From NCBI GenBank assembly GCA_030704615.1, contig CM060734.1, positions 40,734,001-40,798,000 of the forward strand: a DNA stretch of 64,000 bases, read 5' to 3'. This document shows, one piece after another, positions 24,976-37,261 of this stretch (within the stretch, counting starts at the first letter, position 1; each line of letters begins with the position of its first letter). A model generated the notes under the pieces. That model had not been told where the DNA came from and ran no database searches. It worked only from the letters and a program-made list of their open reading frames with translations. This DNA is from Takakia lepidozioides. Its lineage: Eukaryota > Plantae > Bryophyta. Position numbers and translations under genes: made by a program.

Positions 24976-25599
24976 CTGGTGGCATTGTCCCTTTCTGAAA
25001 TACAAGTCCGCAATGGACTAATGCACAGTCTCCCAATGGACTCCTCCAGTCTCTCAACTGACTCCCACACAGTCTCCCAAGCATAGTCTCCCAACGGACT
25101 CGCATAGTCTCCCAACAGAGTCAGTCAAAGTACTCCCGTCGCTGTCAGTCTTTCTCACCACCTTCCACCTCATCCCTGCACTCTTCCATCATACTGCTGG
25201 AACACACTAAGTCTCTGCTGCAGACTCTCCACACACTCAGACTCAACATGGACCAGGCTCCAGTGACTAACCTCCCTAACGACTCATGCCAATCCAGCGT
25301 CCAGCGACTCAAGGACATGGTGCCTACCAGACTAGGTACCAGACCCCCAGTCCTAGCCTCGGCAACGTACTACTGCTTTGCACATTCAAGCTCAGCAGAC
25401 TCGGGTGCACAGTGCATGGAAAAAATTGACACCATTGTGTCCATTGAGTTAGTGACAACATTACAAACATCCAGCACCCACAGTACACAAAAGTGCTCAT
25501 CACCACTGGAAAAGACTCGCATTTTTTATTTCGGTACATAGACTTCACAGAGACAAGTACATCATACTCATGAGAGCAGTTTCTCTACATTGTCCAACC

Positions 25600-26613
25600 C
25601 CCGCACGATATACTTGCACACTGCATTCGCTGCCCAAGTGCAAAACTTGAAAGTAAACCATCCTTCGTGAAAGGTGTTCCTCTCTCTCTGGCTTTGCAGT
25701 CTTGGAGACATTTCCTCTAACTTTTACCCCTCATAAACACTTGAATGAATGACATGACGTAAAGCCACACCCCAGCTGAATGGTTGCTAGGGCACATCAG
25801 GCGCGTGGAACTGAAATGCTTGGACAATCTCATGCCACTCTGGTGAGTCCATCGAGTACCCTAAGCACTCAGCATGAAGCTTCCGAATCCACCTAGAACA
25901 AAGGGACATTTATGCGAGTCCCTGATAGAGTTCAGGTGAGTGTAATAGCCCTTGCGGAGGTCGATGATACAAACACTCCAGTGCCCCCTGCAATGGTATC
26001 AAACAACATGGCGTCATTGCACAATCATGATGGGCAGACTCGGCAGACCGACCACTCAGCAGACTCAGCACTCAGCAGACTCAATCTTCAAACCCAGTCC
26101 ACTGCACAAATACAGAGGTCAACTTAATCGCTCAGAGTCAAGACGACACTACGAAACCAGACTATGACTCAGGAGACAGTCTCAACAGACTCGGAAGAGT
26201 TCTTACTCGTCCCCAATTGGCACCAAAATGAAATCGCACTCTTTCAAGTCCTTGCCCAGTCCTTCAGTGCTGAGGCAACCTTTCAAGACCTCCAGAAGGC
26301 TTTCACGTTGCCCCACCCCCAATGACTTCAACACCGTCCACGTCGACGTTGGAAGAACAACAATAGTGTTGGTGAACGCAGCCTCAACCGACTTCTCATA
26401 GAATCGACACCACAGCTCTAGGAGTCTATCTGTGCACTCCAACTCAACCTTCTGGAGCGCCTTTATGTCATCCGGCGACAGTCCGCATTCAAACCGTGGG
26501 TCCCCTTCAAAAAACATCAGCATGGAATTACCCGCCTTCACGTGCAGAGCATGTGCTTTGCAAAACCGAGCACCCATCCTGCACAGAGCAGACCATCCTT
26601 CGGGAAGCCTCAT
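25600..26613 (-). pseudogene. Ulp1/SENP-like cysteine protease (Peptidase C48) gene of the MULE, multi-exon
   Basis: Exons translated by hand: ..CDFILVPIGDE|; GHWSVCIIDLRKGYYTHLNSI (~25990-25915; catalytic His, Asp position is Asn); ..DVP*QPFSW-CGxYVMSF (Gln/Cys motif). Confidence 0.75.
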
Positions 26614-26799
26614 GTACTGAACAGACTGACGTCAACATGGTACCAAACACTCTACAGGCTGAACAATTCATCAGATTGACAAGACTAACCACAACAGACA
26701 ATGATGAAACCAGCAGCAGACTGACCAGAGTGCAGACTGACCACAACAGAGCGCAAAGCACTTAACGACAAAGACAGACGAGGAGACTAAGCACAATAC

Positions 26800-29700
26800 T
26801 CACATGTGCTGCTCCAGGAAACGACCCACATCTTTGTCCATGTCCAAGGCCAGCTTGCGGTTCTTGTTCATAAAGACGACAGACTTTTTCTTCGCCGGTC
26901 TCTTGGTACTCGGACCCTCCTCGACCTCCTCAGCATGGTCCACGACAGTCCGCTTCTTGGCTTTGCCTCTCCCCTGGGAAGCAGGGACAGCTGTAGGCGG
27001 GCTGGATAGAGCAGACAAACGCAGCGCTGCTGCCCTACTTCGCAACAGAGGCTGGTCAGCAGGTTTGTTTACACTTGCTGGACCTGTCTTTGCAGCTTCG
27101 TGGGTCGCATGCCTAGAACTGACCCGCGCATCGGGGGGCGTGCTCACCCCCACACCTTTCTTGGTTGTCGATCCCACGTTTGCAGCATGGGCGGAAGATG
27201 TCATGTCCTCAGAAGTAGACAGTCTACCGACGGAGGGACGAACATCCTGTGAGGATACCGAGCAAAATGACGAATTAGCCCAATTTCACAATGTGCTAAA
27301 ACATAAACAACAGTGCTGAAAGAGGAAATGGCACAACCTGCCCAAGGGGTGAGGGAGCAGCCTCCTATGTAATCCAGCGCGCTATAACCAGACGGTGTCT
27401 GCGCCGCATGTGGTTCCTTTTCAGTGTGCCTGCCAGCATGTTCAGTCTGTTGCTCAATGTGGGCAGTCTGCTCAGCCGGCGGTTCTTCGTCGGTCCTTTT
27501 GTCTGTGAACTGTGCAGTCTGCTGGCAACTCTGCGGTTCAGTCTCTTCCTCAATGTGGGCAATGTGCTCGGTGGCAGGTTGGTCGTCAGTCCTTCCCTCT
27601 GTGAAGTGTGCAGTGTGCTGGTCAGGCCGTGCAGTCTGAACTGTGCAGTCAGAGCTGAGCTGTGCAGTCTGCCGCTCTGAGCCATCCTGGTCAGTCCTTC
27701 CATCTGTGACCTGTGCAGTCTGCTGGTTAGTCTGCGGTTCAGTCTGCTCATCAATGAAGACAGTATGCTGCCCCGCCAGAGGTTGCTCGGCAGTCCTTCC
27801 ATGTGTCCACTGTTCAGTGTGCTGGTCAGTCTGGTGGACAGCCGGCTGGGTGTTCATATCTCCATGGACTTGGGAAACATCAAGAACATGTATGGAAGAC
27901 CCACCGGCAATTGTTTCCTCAGACTCTTCTATAAGATCTATGATACGGTTTTGCGTTCCCAGATTGAGTTCAGTCATCACGTAAGACTCATCTATGGCTT
28001 TCGCCACTGAGCGCACGAAAACGGGACTAAGCTGGAAGGTCATAGAAGGCAGGCCACGGGGAGTTGGATAAGAATGCTTTACCGGTGACCTGATGACGTT
28101 GTCAGTGAATGTGCCTTGGAGAAAAGTGGACTCGGTTAAAACACTCATACTGGCAGATCCAAAAACATGTTGTTGGGAACTCAGCAGAAATTCATCCACA
28201 GGGTCCCGGTGAGGCCAGTGCATCCGAGTCTATTGCACAATCCAGGGAACAGACTGGCTGTTAGTCTCCTGGATAGTCTGCTCGGCCATCTGCTGAGTGG
28301 GTTCGCCAGTGTGCTGCACAGTCTGCTGAGGGCAATCTGCTGGCTGGATTCGTCGGTCTGCTGTACGGTCTGCTGAGGGGCAATCTGCTGGCTGGATTCG
28401 TCGGTCTTCTGCACAGTCTGCTGAGGGGCAATCTGCTGGCTGGATTCGTTGGTCTGCTGTACAGTCTGGTGGCCATGTTCGCTGGTCTGCTGCACAGTCG
28501 GCTAAAGGGCAGTCTGTTGGCCGGTCTGTTCTCCGGTCTGCTGCAAAGTCTGCAAAGTTTGCTACCCGCTCAGTACTGTTTGCACATATTGAGTATGTGT
28601 GTGCGGGGCAGTCTGCTGGAAGTGATCCGGCCTATTACCCGGGATGGTCTGATGCACATGCTCGGTCTCCAGCACTTGGGCAGTCTGCCCACATATGTCG
28701 TAGGGAATATGTTTTTGGACATTCTTGTGGCCAGTCTGCTGGACAGTCTCCCGAACTCCTTGTAAAGCCAGGACAAGGTCCCTTGCATCTCTGGCAAAAG
28801 AGTCGAAAGTAGCCTGCACTTGCTTGTCTCCCAGATCAACTCGCCCTGCAACACATATTTATGCAAATGTGAACTTCTAAAAAAGTTGGCAAAAGAAATT
28901 GAGCTGAAACACGAAAGTTGCCCGAACAGTTGCCCATAACAGTTACCTTCCAAGAGATTTCTGACGTGGCCAATGTCCTTGATTTGCCGGCACAGGCATG
29001 CTCCATCGAGATGAGTAATGGCGCCGATGCGGTCTTCAGTTGGGATCCCACACCACAGGACTTTGAAGACATTGGGATTCTGCAAAACAATGTCGAATAC
29101 TGCTCGCTCCATCACCAATGCAAACCAATGCAATGCGTCATCCACCACAAACTTCTGTGAATGGTCTGTTCCATGGAGTAAGTCCATCCTCAAACTATGC
29201 AGATCCTTCATCAACTTGTTGTATGAGCGGAAATTGCCAAATTGCATCCATCTGTGTTGTAGGAAGGAAGCTGCCATGCGCTCAAAGTCCTCCTCAGTCA
29301 ATCCGAACAAGTGCTTTCTTCGCACCCCAAAGGTTGGATGTGCCATAGGCATATGTCTGAGGTCTCCAGGCCGTGGGTCATCCATGAGAATCAGCTGCAC
29401 AAGTAGAGGCGGCGCATTTCGGTCGCTTGTGGCTTCAATGGCAACAGCAGGGCGGCTTCTAGAACATGGTTGGCTTCCTCAATAGAAAACTCCATGGAAT
29501 AATGAAAGGGTACAAATGACCACCGGCGGTCCGCAACAATCCGGTGGAGCTCATTATGCCAATCCAAATGGGGATTAATTTCTCCCCCCTAAGCCGGGAA
29601 GTGTGAGGTCTTCAGCTCCGGGTTGAATTACCGGTGATGGCGATCGCCAAACTGCAAAAAGCGCCGTGCTATGTGAGAGAAAGGCAGTCTGCTGGTCCGC

Positions 29701-31380
29701 AGTCTGTTGGATGACAGGACTTCCCATTGGCATGGGCTGCATGATGGGCTCCTGGAGAGGAGTCTACAGGATGATAGGCTGCTCGTTGGGAGTCTGCTCC
29801 GTTGGAGTCTACTGGATGACAGGCTGCTGAACGGGAGTCTGCTGGATGACGGCCTGCTGAATGGGAGTCTGCTGGATGGCAGACTCGGCTGTCCCAGACA
29901 CATTCCCCCCCCCCCCCCCGACGCGTCTTAATATGTAATGTCGCTATAGTAGCAGATGACCTAGGATACTTCAATAATATGTACTCTCGCACGCAGTCCA
30001 CTTCCGCACGCATTGCAGTCGCTTGTAAAGGAGCATCATTGCTAGGTATCCGCCAAGCCTGAATGGCCCTACGAATAGAAACACGTTCATCCTGGTACAT
30101 GGCAGAGAACTTGGACGTCAGGAACATGGACGTGGACTCTATATTCACCTCATGCAGCAGATTGGACTCACAGACCATCAGACTGTAACATGCGTACGTA
30201 AGGTGGAGGCAACTAGTAGACTATACCAGTGGACTGGACCAGCGGACTGACAAACGAACTCAGTAAGTATGCAGCGATATAAACAGACTAACTGACGAGC
30301 GGAGTGAGCCAGCGGACTGAGGAGATAACGCAGCGGACTGACCAGACTGAATAGGCAAGGTGACCCCGATGATGGACTCAAACAGCACAGAGAACAGACT
30401 GGGCGGTCAGACTGACCATTACCTCCTCTACTTCATCATCGTCATCTTCATCTTTAAAGCTGTTCAACCAGTTTTGTTCCGCCTGTTGGATGAATGTGCG
30501 TAGCAGACCTGACTGGGCAACTCTGTAGAAATAACGGAAGAAGTCTGGATCCCCAATTGGTGGGCACTCTGGTGGGAAAAGCCCAAAGTCAACGAGGCGC
30601 AATGTGCCAGGGCAGACTGGCCCTTCAGTGCTCTGTTGAGTTTTTGGTTTTGACCCTAAACCGATGGCATGGGTCGCGATATTTGTGTGAGTCTGCTGCC
30701 GAGTTTGGTCAGGCAAGTCAATGTCCACTGGACTTGTCACCCCTTCCAGGCCCTGAGCAGATTCACTTTCAGTATTAGTACTAATGGTGTGGGTCTGCCG
30801 CCCAGGACGGGGTTCAGTCTGTTGCGTGGATTTTGCCCTTGCCTCGCGAGTAGACCTTGCAGCCTTCTCATTTTTTTGCCTCTCCTTTTTTTGGGCCCCA
30901 TCACTCAGTTTACATTTTCTGGGAGCGTCCGGCGTTCCCTGCACTTGCAAATCCTCCATTGACAGGCCACCAGAATGGACGCCATACCGTGCGCGCACTT
31001 CGTCTAATTCCAAAGTGCGGGGGTCAAGCACTGATCCGCGCAAGCGCATTGTGGCCTCTTTGACAATCCACATTTCTTTCAGTATCGGCCAAGGCTTGAA
31101 ATCCCGTGGAATCATTGCAACAGTCTCTTTGCAACCCGTGTCAACACAATGCCGATTTAGTTGGATTTTGTCCTTGATAACCTCTTCACAGAAGGGACAG
31201 AAGAGCTTGTCCTTATGCCAATTCGAGTTTTTGGGCTTCCAGGCGCGGAGGTCTACAAATGCTTCCACTATTTTATGATCAAACTCGTCTGGTGAGTACT
31301 AGTACCTTCGCTCCTTCTTCAGTCTGGTTTGGTGCACAAAATCCACCCAGTCCGCTCCACCCTTTTCACAAGCATCCTCC
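26800..31380 (-). other. Additional MULE-internal ORFs/exons of unknown function (Q/T-rich repeats, putative Cys/His zinc motif)
   Basis: Long minus-strand ORFs at 26800-27204, 27201-28223, 28570-29400 and 30378-31268 (CPFCEEVIKDKIQLNRHCVDTGC). ~48-bp repeats at 28320-28470. Same AGTC-rich texture as the transposase region. Confidence 0.5.
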
Positions 31381-32324
31381 ATCGCTGCAGAATGAAACGA
31401 AGGTGCAAGGACAATGAGCGACAGATAGAAGTCCTATGAAAAAACTCACCCTAAGCAAGAAGAGGACACAGAATGGAATGGAAACACCGCAGCAAGTGAG
31501 AACCTCACCGAGCCGATGAACTTCGAGTTGTTACGAAGGCGAGCGTGTTTGCGACGCTTCGCGGCTCACCGCGACTCTCCACAGCTGGGGAAGAACGGTC
31601 GTCTTTCGTTACGGTGATGGAAACGCAAAGAGGAAAACAGAATAGTGCAAAACAATGCGAAGAAACAGGCGTGAAGAGAATGGAGTCGATCGCACCAGGA
31701 ACATGAGAAGAAAGTAGAAGTAGAAGGGGGAAAGCGAGCATGGCACTGCCAACATGGCGCGATTTCACAAGCGCCAACTATCCGCCGTCATCGCATTGAA
31801 TACGTCCACCGAACGAACGCATCGTACTAAATTCATCCACGGTCCTCGCAAGTGCAACAGACTCATTTCCCATCGGGCCGAGAGTCCACCATACCGCCAG
31901 TCCAGCGGACTATTCGCTTTGCTGAGGCGAAGCGGCTTCATATTGGAGGCACTTCCCTGCTAGTGGAATGAAGACAAAAGAGACTAAGGGGAGAACAGGA
32001 AAGTCGAACACACCCATTGCGAACAGACTCGCGGCACAACAGATTGATGCATGCACAGTCCAACAGACTGATATCCATAGAGGAGAACTGTCCAGCAGAC
32101 AGACGTTTCGCCAGACTGGCGGGAGAACAAGCCAAAAGACTGAAGGGAAAATAAGAAGTCAAACAGACTTAGTGCAAAAGACTTCCGACACAACAGACTG
32201 ACAAATTCACAAGTGCGACAGACTGATATCCCAACAGACGGACTTCCAGCAGACCGGATCCATCACAAAGCTGGGTTTCTTCAGATTCTCCACCCTTTTC
32301 CACAACTTATGCACGATGGATGCA

Positions 32325-32486
32325 AGAGAGATGAGCCGCACGACTGACGAGCTCGTGAAGATAAGATGGTTCAGGTGTCAAGCTAAACTTGACACCTGAC
32401 TTAACACTTGAACTAATTCCAAGTGTTAAATACAAATAACTAGATTTATTCTAGTTAGTTTCACACTGTGTTTATTTAACTTGACA
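32325..32486. repeat. 162-bp multi-hairpin repeat, copy 2
   Basis: Direct copy of 5208-5369; followed by tggt. Confidence 0.9.
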
Positions 32487-33273
32487 TGGTTCTCACTGAC
32501 CAATCCGACTACCAGACTATAGACACAAGTATCACACACAAGAGGTCCTCTTGGGTTCATGGTCAGTCAAATCCTCCATGGGTGATGACACAAGGTCGAG
32601 GACAATGTGGTGAGGGCACTTTCTTCTTCGCAAGTCACTTTGCTACCGACTCGTACTACTTGTCTTGTAGGAACTACACTCTGTACGTGGACACAACTCA
32701 CAAAGAGGTCACGCCGCCCTTCATTTCAGTTTTAGCCAGATACTGTGTTCATACCGCAAATCCTTGTTGATAATTTCGGAAATACTGACTCCCATGTATA
32801 TTTCCGGCATTACTATGAGATACTCTGATTGAAATGTCTATACAGTAGCTTTCGGGGGATACAATGGTCACTACAGCAATGCAGTTTGCATTTAATCCCT
32901 TCCACATCCTTTCATCTTCTGTGTAGTCCTACCCAGCTAGATTGTACGCTTGAAACTGATGGATGGACTGTACACCAGGTACACATCTTCAAGGCTAGTC
33001 ATGTGGAGAAGTCACGCCCGAAAATTCTGGAGTCTCTAGCAGCTGCTGCCTCTGCAGCAACTGCATTTTCTGTGTCACGATCTTCAGCTGCACCATCACC
33101 TTCAGCAAATGGCACAATACCCTCCTCTGGAGACCAGCAAGATATAAGGACCGAGGACATGCCCATGGAGAAGCCAACAGGGGTAGCGTCTCAAATCCTC
33201 TTCCATTGAATTGTTGCTAAAACTTGGAAGGCACGGCTTTCAACACCCACATAATGTTGTTACATGAGTGCAG

Positions 33274-33432
33274 AGAACCACGGAAGAGGAGGATGCAACA
33301 AGAGAGAAGCTGGTGGCAGCACTTAAAGGGAAGGAGGAACTAGAGGCAGCAGCCTTAGCAGCACATGTTGAGGCTATCAAGTTGAACCGTGAACTTGCTG
33401 CTGTTCTCTCTGCTTCATCTGAATTAGAACAG
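33274..33432 (+). other. Isolated exon-like coiled-coil fragment of an unidentified gene
   Basis: tgcAG|RTTEEEDATREKLVAALKGKEELEAAALAAHVEAIKLNRELAAVLSASSELEQ|GT with open frame and splice-like borders. Confidence 0.35.
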
Positions 33433-34759
33433 GTCTGTTACTATCTTTGAGGTTAACTCAATTGCAGGAGATTATGAGGAGGTAAATTTAAGCTTAGGAG
33501 TGAACTTCAAACTGTCAACTTTTGTTCATGGGTTATATACAACTAGTTATCTTTGATAAAAGGGAATGAAAATGAAGTCCAAGAGGTGATAGGAAGAATT
33601 TTGGGAGATTTAGGAAGATTGCATGTTGCGTGCTAAATAAGAGTAGCATGCACTGACATGCTCATATGGGCAGAGGTGGGAACTTGTGCATTGTGCTAGC
33701 AAGAGGGGTTTGCCGTATTTCCTTATTTTTTTGCTGGCACATTTTAGAGCACAACACTGCTTTCTGGTGTGGCTTGGATATCTCTCACTTTCTTGTGTAT
33801 GAAACTGCATTGTCAAGTTAACCGGCAGCTTACATGAACATTATCAGGTCTCTCATGGAGATTGTGTTGTGTTTTGACATGACTGTAGGTTAGCCACCGA
33901 AGGGTCAGTTAGATTTGTAATATTGTATTGGTCTACAAGGGAAAAAAATTGTTTTCTACCCTTGATAAAAGCATATATATCTAGATTAAGACATATGTTT
34001 AGTACTTGGATCTGCTTAAAGAACGCACCTGATTGTGACTGAAAGGTAGTAGTGAGCGGTGGATATCTTGAACCCACCCTACACCATGATCTTTGTGTTG
34101 TAGTGACTAAAAGGTGTTGTGTGTTATTGCTAAGTGTCAAACTCATGTTGTTCTATTGGCTGATGCTTTGATAATGGCTTACCAGGCATTTTTGAAACAC
34201 TGGTTTTGTACATGGCCACCTTGGCATGGTCTGTAGTAGCTACTGCACGGGGCATAACAGCTATTGCCAGTGAGGTTAGTTGCATCGTTTTTAAATGCTC
34301 TGGTAGCGAGTTGGTAGGATGTGGAAAGGGTGTGGTACAAGTATCTTCCTGCATAAACCTTGAGGATATGGGCTTGTACAACAAGCCCATTTGCAGGTTA
34401 GGCAATGTGGTTGTCTGAGAAGTGATGTGACGTGCTTTCAGCTTTTCATGTTCATTCGCTGTCAAAAGATGAAGTCAGGGGTTTATAAAATCCACTCCAG
34501 GAGTTCAACTTATGAATATTTGCCATGTTCATATAAAAGAAGCTGTGTATGCCCAAAGTGAACCTTGGTTTTGTTGTGGGCCACTGACAGGGCTTGAGTA
34601 TTGTGGCTGCTGATGTTTCCGGTAGCGCTATTCGTGTCTATCTCTTCATTGTGTCGTTGACCATGATTTCATTCCGCTTTCAATCCATGACCACAGCTTT
34701 TGAAAGAGGATAAAGAGAGGGAGTCCACAATGCCTCTTCTGCCACTTCTGGGCATGTGA

Positions 34760-35400
34760 AGATGCTTTGTGGCAGGCAGCTAACAGAGGCTCTACAAACT
34801 TTAAACCAATGAAGCATTTCAGCAGATTCAGGTACGTATGTCCGTCTCTTGCTTAAGTGCATCAAGATGGAAGGTTTGGAAGCTAGAAAGCAGGTGCACA
34901 CTTATATAATTCAAAGTGGATTCACGCCAAATGTTTTTCTACTCAACACCCTTGTCTCCATGTATATTAAGTGCGGGAGCATCATGGATGCTCACCAAGT
35001 GTTCAATAGAATGCCTCAACGATCTTTGATCATGTGGAATATAATGTTGGCAGGAGTTACCAAGCATGGGTGTGGTAGGAATGCTTTGGAGACCTATGAG
35101 CAACTGTTGCGCGAAGGGGTGAAGCCCAACCACATCACATTTGTTTGTAATGCATGTGCAAGCCTGGGAGCTCTGGAAAAGGGCAAAGAGGTCCATGGTG
35201 ACATCGTCAAATCTGGAATTGTACCTGATGTCATTCTGAACACTGCCCTGGTGGACTGCATGTATGCCAAATGTGGGTGCATCGAGGATGCAAAGGAAGT
35301 GTTCGACAGTATGGCTGAACGAGATGTGGTGTCATGGAGTTTGATGATTGCAGGATATACACAGCAAGGGCGCGGATGGAGGATTTGGAGACCTATGAGC
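34760..35400 (+). pseudogene. PLS-class pentatricopeptide repeat (PPR) protein fragment
   Basis: KQVHTYIIQSGFTPNVFLLNTLVSMYIKCGSIMDAHQVFNRM; GVKPNHITFV; GKEVHGDIVKSGIVPDVILNTALVDCMYAKCGCIEDAKEVFDSMAERDVVSW. Upstream stop and indels. Confidence 0.9.
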
Positions 35401-35414
35401 AATGATGCGGGAAG

Positions 35415-36200
35415 GGGTGATTCCCCGTGGAAAAATAGCTCCAAGAAACGTGCATGGGTAGATGGTCAACTGGAAGCCGTAGCAGCGGCACAATTGATAA
35501 AATCAGACAATGCTAATCAAGGCACCTTCTTCAAAACATGTACTCTGTTTTCCTCTCTTATCAGAATCGCCCTAAATTTTCATGTTTCAAGAATTCTACA
35601 AGTTAGCTGGTTGAGTGAACCTTTGATAGTTTGGAGTGACTTTGACATGATACTGCCAAAGTGACAATAGGAAAGTATCCAAAAATAGGTAACAGAGAGG
35701 AGAAGCTGTGGAATGAATATTTTTCTGACCCCAGTCAATGGTGGGACAACCGTCTTGGAAGGTAAATGCCTTTGGATTACAGAGTGGTAGATGCAATTGA
35801 GAATATGAACTGGTGTGGTAAGTTGAGTTGGGTGTTTGTTGGAACAAATCTAGGCTGCCATTGTCAGCTGCTAACATCAATGCAAGGATGTATGCATGAT
35901 CTGTGCAGAGGCATGGATACCTGAAGGAGCAGGGATAGAGTGTCATCCAAGAGGGCTGGATTTCAAGCTCCAGATTACTTATGATTCCTTGTGGAAGGAT
36001 AGCTACAAGAAACCTGCATGGGTAGATGGTACATAGTTTGGAGTGATTTTGACATGATACTGCCAAAGTGACAATAGGAAAGTATCCAGAAACATATAAC
36101 AGAGATGAGGAGAAGCTGTGGAATGAATGCTTTTCTAACCCCAGTCAAGGGAGGGACAACCGAGGGAAAAAGATGAATGTCTATTAGATTACAGAGAGTA
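35415..36200 (+). pseudogene. Degenerate OSB-type PDF (WWDNR) motifs in a ~405-bp tandem duplication
   Basis: EKLWNEYFSDPSQWWDNRLG|GT (~35700-35762); HPRGLDFKLQITYDSLWKDSYKKPAWVDG (~35945-36030). 35625-35790 is repeated at 36033-36200. Confidence 0.65.
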
Positions 36201-36559
36201 GGAAACACAACTCAACATAGACACTAAGGCACTCTCCTTCCCTGCAAAGGGTGTGTTTTGGCATCTGAGCGAATAAATGTAAGTTCTAAAAACATAATTT
36301 CAATATTTTGTTATTTAATAATGTTCTCATCAAGGCCACTGTCCATTTTTCTTGTAATAATGATTTCACACCTTGAACAAGCCATTATGCGACACGTGTC
36401 ATATTTCACACCTTCAACAAGTCACTATGCAACACGTGTTCGTTCGTATGTGGTGGTACACATTAATTAATTATTAATTGATTTCCAATATTAAGTTTGA
36501 ATATTAATGGATTTAATTTATTGTTATTATTATGATGATGATTACATGTCACACTGGCC

Positions 36560-36815
36560 TTTTTCACACTCTGCCATGTCAGCTATGCCATCGGCCATGT
36601 TAGCGGCCATGTCACCATGCACCCCGTGAAAAAACCCACCCGTGGAAAAAGCCTCCCGTGGACTTTTCCACAGGGCCACCCGAGAGCCAGGCCGTCCATG
36701 GGGTGTCCGAAAACACTAGTCGTTTCTTACACCCACGACATGTGTGGACTGCGGCTGATTCCACATCAAAAAGTGTGAGAAAAAGCCGTGGAAAAAGCCG
36801 GTTTCTCTTCTAGTG
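36560..36815. mobile_element. CACTA transposon terminus with subterminal repeats
   Basis: Ends ..ccggtttctcttcTAGTG (reverse complement CACTAGAAGAGAAACC). Several ccgtggaaaaa subterminal motifs. The other end was not found. Confidence 0.65.
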
Positions 36816-36866
36816 AAATATGGCTCTCATCTGAAACTTCCAGAGGTGAAAGTTGGACCCCTTGCT

Positions 36867-37261
36867 GGGGGGGGTTCACTATTCATATAAATCTCAAAAC
36901 ATGTGCGATCAAGACATGTTTTTTAATACCTTTGTATTCAACATTGTACACTGATATTGACCCCTTGTATGTATTTTAATTACGAATTTACCCATCCCTT
37001 GTGTATAAAAACTTGTACAAATTTTTATTTTTAAAAAAGTCCCTCCCCGTACAAAAAGAGAGAGAAATTTAAGTCTTAGGGTCAATCCCATCAACAAATG
37101 CAGAAAAAAAAAAAAACTTGTCCTCTTATATGTATTTATAGATCTTTGTAAAGTTTATGTAATCATACCCCTTCCCATACATATATTCGTGCAATTGTTT
37201 TTTTTCAAAACCCCCTCTCCGGGCAGATGGTGTTCTAGCCTAATGAAGAGTGACCCCCCCC
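36867..37261. mobile_element. MITE-like element with terminal inverted repeats
   Basis: gggggggttcactattcat ... atgaagagtgacccccccc around an AT-rich core. Confidence 0.55.

Noticed and set aside
5208-32486. The 162-bp repeats as the LTR pair of one giant retrotransposon
   Set aside because: No 5' TG start or TSD, and the PBS-like tggt follows the downstream copy rather than the upstream one.
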